In this document: in pieces, positions 52,248 through 61,780 of the stretch
Layout: each line of letters begins with the position of its first letter
How positions within the stretch are numbered: position 1 is the stretch's first letter
Virus record (IMG/VR): IMGVR_UViG_3300044568_003163
Span: 1 to 64,000 of that record
Reading direction: 5' to 3' (one strand)
Length of the DNA: 64,000 bases
The notes under the pieces: model-generated
The model's input: only the letters and a program-made list of their open reading frames with translations
The model's database searches: none
Told to the model about the DNA's origin: nothing
Program-made: the position numbers and the translations under genes

Positions 52248-52304
52248 GTAAAACTAATCAATTTCTACAACATAGAGAAATTTTTCATCATAAAGTTATT
52301 AACA
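52248..52304 (-). promoter_or_regulatory. Early promoter cassette 6
   Basis: TGTTAATAA (52304-52296), 39 nt, with TTTC-N20-TAGTTTTAC. Confidence 0.7.
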
Positions 52305-52326
52305 TATTATACATACTTTTGGGTAT

Positions 52327-52334
52327 GATATATA
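52327..52334 (+). promoter_or_regulatory. GATATATA putative late-promoter motif for fibre II
   Basis: Same octamer occurs on the minus strand upstream of other genes (18874, 25454, 27110, 31415, 35098); here it follows the gene onto the plus strand. Confidence 0.6.
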
Positions 52335-52372
52335 TTATAAGCAACACCTAGGGCTTAAAACAAATACTACTC

Positions 52373-55354
52373 ATGCCAACAGCAAATTACCCTAATAATC
52401 AAGATTATCGTTTAAATAAGACTCGTCCTCTTACATGGAAAGAAATGGACGATATGTTCAGAAAACCAAATATTTGGATTGGAGATTTTAGTTACGTTCA
52501 AGGAATGGTCGTGATGTGGGATGATTCAGTTCCACCAGTTAATAATGGAGATGATGGAACTTTATCTTTTTGGTTATGTGATTCCGATCACGTATCTTCC
52601 AATACTAATACTCCAGGAATATTAAATAGTCCATGGAGAAGAATAGGTGGATTAAGTGTTCCAGGACCTACAGGAGAATCGGGTGGTCCTATAGGACCTA
52701 CTGGAATGACCGGTGCTACTGGTAGAACTGGAATGACAGGTGCAACAGGTTCTACTGGAATGACTGGTGCGGTTGGACAAACTGGTGCTACTGGACAAAC
52801 TGGAATGACTGGTGCTGTTGGACCTACCGGAGTTGGTTTACCCGGATCTAAAGGTGATACTGGAAATATTGGTGCTACAGGAATGACTGGGTTAGTAGGA
52901 CCAACTGGAGCAGGAGTAACTGGTGCTACTGGACAAACTGGACAAACTGGACCTACCGGTTTCAACGGACAAACTGGTCCTACAGGAATGACTGGTGCAG
53001 GAGAAACCGGTGCTACAGGAATGACAGGAATGACAGGTGCTACTGGAATGACAGGACCTATAGGACCTACTGGTGCAAATGGAATCCCGATGGGTAAACC
53101 ATCTGATGCATTAGATATGTATTACGATGATGATCCGTCTTCACAAGGTTGTAATCCTGGTGATCCGCTCAAACTATCGTTTGATGTAGTACGAACTGGA
53201 GTTACTTCACTTGCATATGTAGTAGATAATTCCGGTATTTCGACTGCAGGAGGTACAAAAATATTAATACAAAAAGAAGGAAATTATTTTATATCGGTAA
53301 ATGTTAATATAAAAATTCTAACTCCGGTCGACGGTAGAGCCGAAGTTTCTTTAAATTTATATTATGATGATACCTCTGGAAGCTATACTAAATTCGACGG
53401 ATTTCAAGGAAATGTTATATTAGATGCAGAAGGTTTAACTCCAACTGGAACATTAAAAGATTCTATTATGATTCAAGGAATTTTTAATGTAGATGCTAGT
53501 TGGATTTCTTCAAACAGAAAAATATATGCCGTATTAGAAAATGCTGCAGCAGGAATTTCTCTTTCATCCATCGTCGTATCACCTATTTCTACTTCATTAT
53601 CTATCATCTCGTTAGAAGGTGGAATTGGTGCTACTGGAGCAGGAGTTGCTGGACAAACTGGTGCTACTGGTATGACTGGATTAGTTGGACCAACTGGAGC
53701 AGGTCAAACTGGTGCTACTGGACAAACTGGTGCTACCGGAGAAACTGGAATGACAGGTGCTACTGGAATGACTGGTCCTACTGGTGCTGGACAAACTGGT
53801 GCTACCGGAATGACTGGTCCTACTGGTCTAGGGTACGATCTTACTTCTTCAATATCTGCTACTGCTGGATTAGGGGTAAAAGTTTTTACCGTAAATAAAG
53901 ATGCATCTCTTTCTGCATTTTCCATTGGAAACCGAGTAAGAGTAAGTTCATCTTTCGTAATTTGGATGGAGGGAGAGATAACATCATATGCAGGAAATAC
54001 CTTAATTGTGAATGTTGATAAAGTAGTTGGTAGTGGTGCTTCTGCGAGTAGTTGGGATATCGACATTGCTGGACTTCCTGGACCTACTGGAATGACTGGA
54101 ATGACTGGTGCTACTGGAAGAACTGGTAGTACAGGAATGACTGGTGCTACTGGAAGAACTGGTAGTACAGGAATGACTGGAGCTCAAGGTCCTATCGGAC
54201 CAGCAGGACCATTTGGTGCTACTGGTATGACTGGATTAGTTGGACCAACTGGATCAGGCACTACATTTATTCATGAAACTGCTACTTTCGTAGATCCTAA
54301 CGGTAGCAACAGTACTGGTGCAGTAGGAGATAAACAAAAACCATTTTTGACGATAGAAGAAGCAATAGGTCAAGCTCGTTCACGAGCAAACGAACAAGGC
54401 GGACCATTTACTATCATCGTATATCCGGGTATTTATGAGGAAAACAAGCAATGGAATTTTGAAAACGACGAAGGAACTATTAAATTTATCGGTCAAGTTT
54501 ATATAGAATTTGATAACCCAAACCCGGTAGATTATTTTATCAAAATGAGTAATTCGTATATTAATTTCGTTGGAGATGACCGAGGGACGAATAATTTCCA
54601 AATTGGCGGTACTTGTAATACTGGAACATATTTAACCATATCTAGTAAATTCGGTACTAATGTGTATTTATTCGATGTTCGAAATACTAAACTTAAACTA
54701 TCAAATATTACAATAGATACAGGATTTTTAGGAAAATTTGGAGTAGATTGGAAATACCCCGGTGGTGGTAGTAAAGTAGATATTGATAATTGTAGAATGA
54801 GATCTATTATACATCCTAATATCGAGGTTTCTGCCGACGGCGCAGTTGATGGTCTTTCTAGATTACCAGATATATTAATTAGAGATTCAATTCTAGCATC
54901 GGCTTTTGGACCTAATATTGGATATTATGCATTTACTAATGGTTTAGAATCTGAAGCTACTTTATTGATTGATAATAGCACAATCTATCAAGATCCTACC
55001 TATGGAGGTTTAGGTAAATTAACACCTGGATTTCCAACTCCAGTAGGAGGAAAATTACCTCACGTAGACAGTTTCATATATTCAACGATGAATCTGGATA
55101 ACCAATTAAGGTTGATATTTTCTGGGACGAAATTCCATATGAACAAATGGTCTCCACCAGCAGAAGGAAGTGGTGGACCTGAAGCTTGCGTACATTTTGA
55201 TAATTCTGGAAATGATTTCAAACATGACACGATGTCAACTTACACTAATACTCGAAATTTTTTAGGAGCCAGCATCTGGACTCATGTAGTTGACCATATA
55301 ACGGAGTTAAAAGGTAGTACGAAATCTCCAATTGAATATATGAACATACTTTAA
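52373..55354 (+). CDS. Collagen-like fibre protein II (G-X-T repeats, C1q-like domain, C-terminal parallel beta-helix)
   Basis: N-terminus paralogous to fibre I ([26 protein letters not shown]); collagen runs; [11 protein letters not shown]...[10 protein letters not shown]...[10 protein letters not shown] beta-helix cap motif. Confidence 0.85.
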   Translation: MPTANYPNNQDYRLNKTRPLTWKEMDDMFRKPNIWIGDFSYVQGMVVMWDDSVPPVNNGDDGTLSFWLCDSDHVSSNTNTPGILNSPWRRIGGLSVPGPTGESGGPIGPTGMTGATGRTGMTGATGSTGMTGAVGQTGATGQTGMTGAVGPTGVGLPGSKGDTGNIGATGMTGLVGPTGAGVTGATGQTGQTGPTGFNGQTGPTGMTGAGETGATGMTGMTGATGMTGPIGPTGANGIPMGKPSDALDMYYDDDPSSQGCNPGDPLKLSFDVVRTGVTSLAYVVDNSGISTAGGTKILIQKEGNYFISVNVNIKILTPVDGRAEVSLNLYYDDTSGSYTKFDGFQGNVILDAEGLTPTGTLKDSIMIQGIFNVDASWISSNRKIYAVLENAAAGISLSSIVVSPISTSLSIISLEGGIGATGAGVAGQTGATGMTGLVGPTGAGQTGATGQTGATGETGMTGATGMTGPTGAGQTGATGMTGPTGLGYDLTSSISATAGLGVKVFTVNKDASLSAFSIGNRVRVSSSFVIWMEGEITSYAGNTLIVNVDKVVGSGASASSWDIDIAGLPGPTGMTGMTGATGRTGSTGMTGATGRTGSTGMTGAQGPIGPAGPFGATGMTGLVGPTGSGTTFIHETATFVDPNGSNSTGAVGDKQKPFLTIEEAIGQARSRANEQGGPFTIIVYPGIYEENKQWNFENDEGTIKFIGQVYIEFDNPNPVDYFIKMSNSYINFVGDDRGTNNFQIGGTCNTGTYLTISSKFGTNVYLFDVRNTKLKLSNITIDTGFLGKFGVDWKYPGGGSKVDIDNCRMRSIIHPNIEVSADGAVDGLSRLPDILIRDSILASAFGPNIGYYAFTNGLESEATLLIDNSTIYQDPTYGGLGKLTPGFPTPVGGKLPHVDSFIYSTMNLDNQLRLIFSGTKFHMNKWSPPAEGSGGPEACVHFDNSGNDFKHDTMSTYTNTRNFLGASIWTHVVDHITELKGSTKSPIEYMNIL

Positions 55355-55824
55355 CCTCTTCGTTTATTATTTCTCTTAATTAAATGGGCATACGACCAAA
55401 TACCTTCATTGGTAAAATTAGTTGGTGCCCATTTGTTCATATCTAATGAAATCCACTCTTCGGTGCCGTCTTTGTTATTTGCAATATACATATGGATTTC
55501 GTCAACTAAAGACTCGAATTGTTTAAATAGAGAGGTGCCACCTAAAACATAAATTGGTCCTTCTGTGTGCAAGTGTAAATCATCCGTATCATGAATTACG
55601 TTTACATTCATTCGCTTCCATTTTCTATTTCTGGTAATCACCCACGTATTACCACCTTTCCATTTAGTAATATCATAGGTTTTTCTTCCAATCAAACATA
55701 CCTCTTTCTTGAGTAAATCTCTAATCAAACATTCATGATGCCAAATCCTTAATCCAAGGTCTGGTACAGTATTTGATTGGTTATCTACTATTGCAACAAA
55801 TATGATTTTTTGATTGTGTAGCAT
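55351..55824 (-). CDS. Divergent dihydrofolate reductase-like protein
   Basis: [27 protein letters not shown]...DEIHM; the N-terminal IG..N.LPW motif is absent. Confidence 0.65.
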   Translation of the reverse strand: MLHNQKIIFVAIVDNQSNTVPDLGLRIWHHECLIRDLLKKEVCLIGRKTYDITKWKGGNTWVITRNRKWKRMNVNVIHDTDDLHLHTEGPIYVLGGTSLFKQFESLVDEIHMYIANNKDGTEEWISLDMNKWAPTNFTNEGIWSYAHLIKRNNKRRG

Positions 55825-56120
55825 TATTTAATCCATTCTAAATATCCAAAACGTAAAGCCATTGCCGGTGAAAGTGAAGAATTTTCTTGCATAGCTTTTA
55901 GAGCAAAAATAACAACTTCTACTTCTAATTCGTTTCCTATAGCTTCAGTTAACATTGTGCTAATCCACTTCATTTCGTCGTCAAGATCTTCTTCGTAATT
56001 GAATACTGAAAATCCTTCTTCTCTTAACTCATCTTCATCTAACGCATAAATATTGGTAGCCCAAATTAGCTCTCCGTTAGAAGGAGCTTCAAATCTTGCA
56101 GGTATTCTTTTATCGTTCAT
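55824..56120 (-). CDS. Hypothetical acidic protein
   Basis: ORF track. Confidence 0.6.
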   Translation of the reverse strand: MNDKRIPARFEAPSNGELIWATNIYALDEDELREEGFSVFNYEEDLDDEMKWISTMLTEAIGNELEVEVVIFALKAMQENSSLSPAMALRFGYLEWIK

Positions 56121-56496
56121 CGTAGTGTCTTTTGAATTGTTGAATTAAGAATGGATTAGCCCATTCTTTAAAATCTGGTTTTGTTTCAATTGCAGTAATT
56201 TCTGATAATGAATTTTCATCACCTACTAAAACTAGAGTTTGCCTCATTGAGGTTCCATCTTCCATTATTTTAATAGCCTTATTTGCATCATCCCATCCTC
56301 GTTGAAAGACTCCATCTAACGTACCAATAGCCTTATTAGGTTCATACATTAAATTAGTTAGAGTAGCATTCAAAGTATCAGAGACTGCCTGTTGTCGCAT
56401 TTTGTCGACCTCTTCTTGCGGTACAACATAATCGGTTTTCTCATACCAATAGATTATACCTACTGCTCCTTCTTGGATTTCGTATAATGGATTCAT
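56110..56496 (-). CDS. Hypothetical protein
   Basis: ORF track. Confidence 0.6.
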   Translation of the reverse strand: MNPLYEIQEGAVGIIYWYEKTDYVVPQEEVDKMRQQAVSDTLNATLTNLMYEPNKAIGTLDGVFQRGWDDANKAIKIMEDGTSMRQTLVLVGDENSLSEITAIETKPDFKEWANPFLIQQFKRHYDER

Positions 56497-56503
56497 GAGT
56501 GTT

Positions 56504-57463
56504 CTATGATAGTATCAATTCAAAAGTTTCAACATAATCTGAAGGTTTTACACCTTCGTTCATGTAAGAAATAATTGATTTTTCTTTAAGTTTAGCTTCG
56601 ACCATAATCCAAGCACCAGTACCCCAATCGGTAATTTCTTCGTAAATCCAATCGGCATGAGCCCTTGCCATTTTTTCAGGTTGTTCGTGATTTATCGTAG
56701 ATGAAAAGTGAAAACCTGCTGGTATATTACCCCATGTTGATGCAGCAAGTTTAGCGGCTTCTTCATGAGTTAAATTACCACTACAAAATTTATGGTGATG
56801 TGAATCGAAAGTAATTGGAATTTTGATATCGGCATAGAGTAAGTCGTACAAATCTTTAACCGAATATTGAGAAGCTTTGTCGTCGTTTTCAATAACCAAA
56901 CGAGCTTTAGTAGTAGGATGTAGCTTTTTGAAGTTTTCAATAAATCGTTTAGCACATTCTTCTTTACCGCCTTGTGTAGTATTTAAGTGAATGTTGATTT
57001 GATTCCAATGAGAAGGTTCAAGACCCATAGCATCGAAAATTTGAGAGTGCTGATCTAATTCCTTGATGGTTTTCTTAACTACAAATTTACTTTGTGAGCC
57101 AAGAACATTGAAAGGTCCTGGATGGAATTCTAGACGTTGGCCATATCGAGTAGCTAATGTACCAGCTAATTGAAGATTCTTTTCGATCATTGACCAATCT
57201 GGTAAATCTTGCAATTCATATTCGGACATCCATGGAAACATATTAGAAGAGATACGAAAGAACTTTATTCCTTTACGTTCATTCCATTGTATGATTTTTA
57301 CAAGGTCTTTAACATTTTGCAGGGCTAAAGATGAGACTACTGCATTTGTTTCTCGTTGAGCTTCGAAAGTTTTCTTAATCATACTTCGATTAGTAAAAAT
57401 TCCTTCGCTTTCTTGTAATTCTAGGTTGATGCAGCAATAGCCGATTCTTTCGTGTATATTCAT
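56504..57463 (-). CDS. uvsE: UV-damage endonuclease (UvsE/UVDE)
   Basis: RIGYCCIN, FFRISSNMFP, FHPGPFNVLGS, INIH, RLVIENDD, ITFDSHHH, HFS, AHADW, MVEAKLKE. Confidence 0.93.
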   Translation of the reverse strand: MNIHERIGYCCINLELQESEGIFTNRSMIKKTFEAQRETNAVVSSLALQNVKDLVKIIQWNERKGIKFFRISSNMFPWMSEYELQDLPDWSMIEKNLQLAGTLATRYGQRLEFHPGPFNVLGSQSKFVVKKTIKELDQHSQIFDAMGLEPSHWNQINIHLNTTQGGKEECAKRFIENFKKLHPTTKARLVIENDDKASQYSVKDLYDLLYADIKIPITFDSHHHKFCSGNLTHEEAAKLAASTWGNIPAGFHFSSTINHEQPEKMARAHADWIYEEITDWGTGAWIMVEAKLKEKSIISYMNEGVKPSDYVETFELILS

Positions 57464-57479
57464 AGTATATTTTTATAAG

Positions 57480-57536
57480 ACAAATATAACAAAAAACCTC
57501 GATAAAAGAAAATATCGAGGTGAAAGTTGTTAACAA
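57480..57536 (-). promoter_or_regulatory. Early promoter cassette 7 with embedded terminator hairpin
   Basis: TGTTAACAA (57535-57527), 38 nt with ACCTCGATA/TATCGAGGT stem plus T-run, TATATTTG (57488-57481). Confidence 0.75.
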
Positions 57537-58619
57537 TTATTTAGAACCAAATCCGATAGTTTTTCTATCGACTTGCATTTCTGAATAAACCTCTTCTTGA
57601 TTATATACTTCTGATACGGTCATTGGTTTATCGATTGTAGTGTTTTTACCTAAATGGTCAGATAACTTTTGAGCAGCTTTTTGGTCTAGCTTTTTAAATT
57701 CATGTTTTAAGATTAGACGACCTTTACGCAATAGAGCTTCATCGATAGTAGTAATGTCACTGTTGAACGTACAGATAATTTGAGTACCTAAGAAGTCTGA
57801 TATAATTCCATCTGATAGATTTAGCAGTTTATCTACAGTTGCACCACCTTGTTTACGAGATTTAATAGCTTCTTCTGCATCTTCGATAATCAAAACTGAA
57901 TTTGGGAAATCTGCCATTAGTGGTAAAAATCCAGGATCAGTTAATGAATTGATTAGTTGATTAGGTAGATAAATCATCGTTCTCGTTTCAGCTAACAAGG
58001 AAATCAGATATCGAATGTACATAGATTTTCCTGTTCCAGGGAGTCCATGTAAAAGAGCAATTCCTTTTTTGTTTTCTCGAGAAAGAGATTCCATTAAGTA
58101 ATCATGTTTAGTAGCCCATTCTTCACCATAATTCATTTCGATATCTAATTCGGGAATGTTGATGTCAAACGATCTTAAATCTAAGCCACCATCATCTTGA
58201 ATCACCATATACACTTTAGTTTTATCTACTTTGTATACTTGCATTTTCATTATATCTTTAATGAATTTTTGTGCAAGTTCTGCTTTATCAAGCGACCAGT
58301 AAAATTCAACTTCTAAGGTATATTCTTTCTTAGTTTCTAAATTGTATTTCACGTAAACAACTAAGTCCTTATCGCCGGTCTTTAATTTACCTCTAACATT
58401 TTTAGGAGCCATTAACTCTTTTTTGTTTTTGAATTTGTAATTGGCTGAAAAAACTTCAAAGTTTTCGTTGAACCATTTATCCCATTTACGTTTTGGGATT
58501 ACGATTCCATTTTCACTCCATTCGCTAGGACAAACATCATTATGCATCCACCAAAAGATGTCTTGATGATTGTAAGCTTGCGTAGTTTCTAGAGTTTTAA
58601 TGTGTTCAGATGGATTCAT
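57537..58619 (-). CDS. AAA+ ATPase
   Basis: LLHGLPGTGKS (Walker A), LIIEDAE (Walker B), LLNLSDG, IDEALLRKGRL (Arg finger). Start set at ATG 58619. Confidence 0.9.
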   Translation of the reverse strand: MNPSEHIKTLETTQAYNHQDIFWWMHNDVCPSEWSENGIVIPKRKWDKWFNENFEVFSANYKFKNKKELMAPKNVRGKLKTGDKDLVVYVKYNLETKKEYTLEVEFYWSLDKAELAQKFIKDIMKMQVYKVDKTKVYMVIQDDGGLDLRSFDINIPELDIEMNYGEEWATKHDYLMESLSRENKKGIALLHGLPGTGKSMYIRYLISLLAETRTMIYLPNQLINSLTDPGFLPLMADFPNSVLIIEDAEEAIKSRKQGGATVDKLLNLSDGIISDFLGTQIICTFNSDITTIDEALLRKGRLILKHEFKKLDQKAAQKLSDHLGKNTTIDKPMTVSEVYNQEEVYSEMQVDRKTIGFGSK

Positions 58620-58642
58620 ATTTTCTTTTCTTTTTATATGCA

Positions 58643-58666
58643 ACAAAAGAGGGCAAAAGCCCTCTT
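58643..58666 (-). terminator. Intrinsic terminator
   Basis: AAGAGGGC-tttt-GCCCTCTT followed by TTGTT. Confidence 0.7.
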
Positions 58667-58687
58667 AATTGTATGGTTGTTAAAAAC

Positions 58688-59032
58688 TTATTTTGATAGG
58701 TCTCGTGTAGCTTTACCTAATTCCATATCGTTAGGAATTGAATTAACAAAATGATTAAACGAAACATGATATGGATCGATGTTATATTTTTCTTCGATAG
58801 CTTGGCTTCGTAGTAGTTCATGAGTAAATTCAGTAGAATCTCCGAATTCAACAATTACATGAAATTGGTCTTCCCATCCTGAATGGAAAATTGCTATACT
58901 AATAGGTTCGCCTTCTACCCATCCGATTTTAGCAAATCCAGTCTTTGTAGTAAATTCTGCTGGTTTATCATTTGGCAATAAGAATCTTTTACCTATAATT
59001 CTTTGCATTAATCTGTCGTCTATTTGTCTCAT
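58688..59032 (-). CDS. Hypothetical protein
   Basis: ORF track. Confidence 0.6.
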   Translation of the reverse strand: MRQIDDRLMQRIIGKRFLLPNDKPAEFTTKTGFAKIGWVEGEPISIAIFHSGWEDQFHVIVEFGDSTEFTHELLRSQAIEEKYNIDPYHVSFNHFVNSIPNDMELGKATRDLSK

Positions 59033-59033
59033 A

Positions 59034-59810
59034 TTAAGAATCTTTTTTCATACTTGATAATTTTGAATAAATTCTTTGTGCAATCATTTTTGTATCAGAA
59101 GGCATTTCTGCTTTCTCATATATCCATCTTAAATATTCCTGATCTTCGGCAAATATAGCTTGAACTGTTTTGCCTGAATGTTTACCAAAAGTCAAAGTAA
59201 CTTCACCAGCTTCATTCTTTGCAAACTTACCAGAAAGGTCGAGTTTTTTGTCTAGTCCAGTAGTTTCATTATGAAGGTGGTCGAATTCAGTTTCATCAAA
59301 CCACATTTCCATTTGTTTGAAAAATATGCCAGCAGTTGCAGTTACATCAGCTTCTGCACTATGTGCATTTTGCAAATCAATTCCTAAGAAACGATTAACT
59401 GCGCCTTTAAGGTTACGGGTTTCATATTGAGTCCAGATTCTATATGAATCTAAAATTCTGCGCTTTCTATAATCAAAAAGCTTTTTAGCTCTCAAAAATT
59501 CCTCGAATATTAAAGGAATATCATAATGCAAAATGTTATAGCCACCTAAATCAGAATCACCTAAAAATTCTAAAATCGAATCGGCAATATCTGCAAATGT
59601 AGGAGAGTCCTTAACATCTTCGTTTGTAATTCCATGAACAGCCGAAACTTCTTCTGAAATATTAATGGTTGGATTTACTAAAGAATAGAATTTGTCAGTA
59701 GTTCCATCTGGATTGTACTTAATAATACAAATCTCGACGATTCGATCTTTTGTTGTGCTCAATCCTGTGGTTTCCACATCAAAGAACGATATTGGCTTTT
59801 GTAATGTCAT
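59034..59810 (-). CDS. DEDDh 3'-5' exonuclease (DnaQ-like) with C-terminal FGKH domain
   Basis: FFDVETTG, GYNILHYD, AHSAEADV; LTFGKHSGK...YLRWI. Confidence 0.9.
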   Translation of the reverse strand: MTLQKPISFFDVETTGLSTTKDRIVEICIIKYNPDGTTDKFYSLVNPTINISEEVSAVHGITNEDVKDSPTFADIADSILEFLGDSDLGGYNILHYDIPLIFEEFLRAKKLFDYRKRRILDSYRIWTQYETRNLKGAVNRFLGIDLQNAHSAEADVTATAGIFFKQMEMWFDETEFDHLHNETTGLDKKLDLSGKFAKNEAGEVTLTFGKHSGKTVQAIFAEDQEYLRWIYEKAEMPSDTKMIAQRIYSKLSSMKKDS

Positions 59811-59812
59811 AG

Positions 59813-60019
59813 TTATATTTCTCCTTTAATTATTTTCCATCTTATATTTCTTTGCTCTTCTTCAGTAGCAAACTCTAGCAATTCTAGTGTATTATCTGAC
59901 CATTCATCTTCAAATGTATAAACATCTGGATCGATCATCCACGAAATAAACGTTTCAAAATCTTGCTTTGCCTTTTCTCGAATATTTTCTTCGTTTAAAA
60001 CTCTAATAGTTATCGGCAT
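59813..60019 (-). CDS. Hypothetical protein
   Basis: ORF track. Confidence 0.5.
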   Translation of the reverse strand: MPITIRVLNEENIREKAKQDFETFISWMIDPDVYTFEDEWSDNTLELLEFATEEEQRNIRWKIIKGEI

Positions 60020-60020
60020 C

Positions 60021-60665
60021 TTATTTTGCTTTATGGTGGTCTAATATTGTCATTGGCTCGTTTCTTTCATTTAGGATTTGCATAATCTCTTCGATATGAT
60101 ATGGCCTAAATTCAGGAGAACCACATATACCTACATCCATTCGTTTACCACCTCCGAAACGATTATCTCCTTTAAGGTGTTGATGTCCATGTAACATATA
60201 AGCACCATAGTGCATTTTGTTCCAACTAATAATTGGATAGTGACATAAAGTAAAGTTAGAAACTTCAGATGCAGCATTTGTGATTTTTAATTCTTCATAA
60301 TGCGCAACATGAGAAAATAACTTTCGATACTCACCACCTAATTTATCTCGTTGGATATGATGATCGTGATTTCCTAAAATAAGAACAATGTTATGACAGT
60401 TAATTTTCTTACGAAGTTCTTTAACTTCAGCTTCACCACCAAAAGACCAATCACCTAAATGAATCAACCAATCTTTAGCACCTACATTATCGTTGATGTT
60501 TTTAATCATTGCCTCATTCATTTCTGTAGTAGTATCAAAGTCTCTAACGCTATCAATAGGAACATTACCATCGAAATCTCGCCAGTTAGTTTCACCTCTA
60601 ACAATATTAGAATGTGAGAAGTGAGTATCTGCAGTTATCCAGATATTTTTAGCCGTTAGTTTCAT
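60021..60665 (-). CDS. Calcineurin-like metallophosphoesterase
   Basis: ADTHF, HLGDW, GNHD, LCHYP, LHGHQH, DVG motifs. Confidence 0.92.
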   Translation of the reverse strand: MKLTAKNIWITADTHFSHSNIVRGETNWRDFDGNVPIDSVRDFDTTTEMNEAMIKNINDNVGAKDWLIHLGDWSFGGEAEVKELRKKINCHNIVLILGNHDHHIQRDKLGGEYRKLFSHVAHYEELKITNAASEVSNFTLCHYPIISWNKMHYGAYMLHGHQHLKGDNRFGGGKRMDVGICGSPEFRPYHIEEIMQILNERNEPMTILDHHKAK

Positions 60666-61248
60666 TTAAGTATTTTAGTATTTGTTCTTTGATTCCTAAT
60701 TGTTTTATGCCTTCGGTAGATTTTGGTGTGAGTACAAAATTCGATAAACCCCAAACTCTGGTAAAATTAACAGACCACCTCATAACTTCGATTGCCATAT
60801 CTAAATCATCAACAGCTACCCAATGAGTTACTTCAGGATGGTCTTTCAAGTATTGCATAATTTCTAAAGAACGTTCTTGCTCGTATTGTTGATGACGATC
60901 CCATTCAAATCCTTCAGGCTTTTCACAACCTATAAATGAAGGTGTAAATGCAATAGGTGCTTTTGAAATTCCTTGTGCCAAGTAATATGAACTCAATTCT
61001 TCTAGATTTGCATGTTTCTTCCAATCTGAAGAAACTACAATTTCAGCACCGGTTTCAGCTAATATTTGATTTAATACCTTTACCGCTTTTTTATCAAAAT
61101 CGTCAAAACGATATTCAATAGGAGCAGTCTTATACATTCGATCCCATTCAGGATTTGACTTAAGGTATTTTTTCATTTTATTAGCTCTGCCACCCCAATT
61201 GTTGGAAAGACAAATTACACCGTCGTTATCTAAAAATATTACTTTCAT
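60649..61248 (-). CDS. HAD-domain phosphatase (RNA-repair-type HAD) I
   Basis: MKVIFLDNDGV, IVVSSDWK, WVAVDDLD. Start set at ATG 61248. Confidence 0.8.
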   Translation of the reverse strand: MKVIFLDNDGVICLSNNWGGRANKMKKYLKSNPEWDRMYKTAPIEYRFDDFDKKAVKVLNQILAETGAEIVVSSDWKKHANLEELSSYYLAQGISKAPIAFTPSFIGCEKPEGFEWDRHQQYEQERSLEIMQYLKDHPEVTHWVAVDDLDMAIEVMRWSVNFTRVWGLSNFVLTPKSTEGIKQLGIKEQILKYLNETNG

Positions 61249-61273
61249 AATAGTTATATGCAATTATTTCTAT

Positions 61274-61603
61274 TTAGTATAAATCCTCTGAATAGAGGGT
61301 AGTTTTTAATTCTTTGGTTTGTTTAGCTGCAAAAGCGATTTCTCCACCTTCTTTTCGATTAACAAATCTATTTTTACTCGTTAGGAATCCTTGTTCATTT
61401 TCTCCAATACCATCTTCGGCATGAGTAACGGCTCGTAATCCAGTCAAACAACCGATAGTCCAAATGCATTGTCCATGTCGATGTCCAGTTACAACAATTC
61501 CTCGGTCACAATTTATAGGCAGAACTTGAGGGATGTCTTTCTTTAATGGAATTTCCTTACACCAAATTGCTGCACATAAAATGTATTCTGGATTATCGTA
61601 CAT
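61274..61603 (-). CDS. Conserved hypothetical protein (Cys/His motifs)
   Basis: ILCAAIW, GHRHGQC, QGFLTSKNRFVNR. Confidence 0.6.
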   Translation of the reverse strand: MYDNPEYILCAAIWCKEIPLKKDIPQVLPINCDRGIVVTGHRHGQCIWTIGCLTGLRAVTHAEDGIGENEQGFLTSKNRFVNRKEGGEIAFAAKQTKELKTTLYSEDLY

Positions 61604-61779
61604 TAGACCTTTACTATTTTTTCAACAATAGTTGCTCTTATTGGATAGCAACAAATTCGATCACCTTCTTTATTATAGAAGACATATGCTCCATTGTCGA
61701 TAACCATTCGTTGGGCTTCAACCGATTCAGTATACATACTGTTATTTCCGGGTAAAATTCTTAAGCGATAAACTTCCAT
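61603..61779 (-). CDS. Unlisted 58-aa ORF (MEVYRLRILPGNNSMYTESVEAQ...IVEKIVKV)
   Basis: Manual translation; TAATG overlap with the next gene. Confidence 0.6.
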   Translation of the reverse strand: MEVYRLRILPGNNSMYTESVEAQRMVIDNGAYVFYNKEGDRICCYPIRATIVEKIVKV

Positions 61780-61780
61780 A

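Noticed and set aside
30856-52372. Site-specific invertible segment between the two fibre genes (Mu G-type switch)
   Set aside because: No invertase or recombinase and no short perfect IR sites seen; the internal genes keep the genome-wide orientation. Only homologous exchange remains possible.
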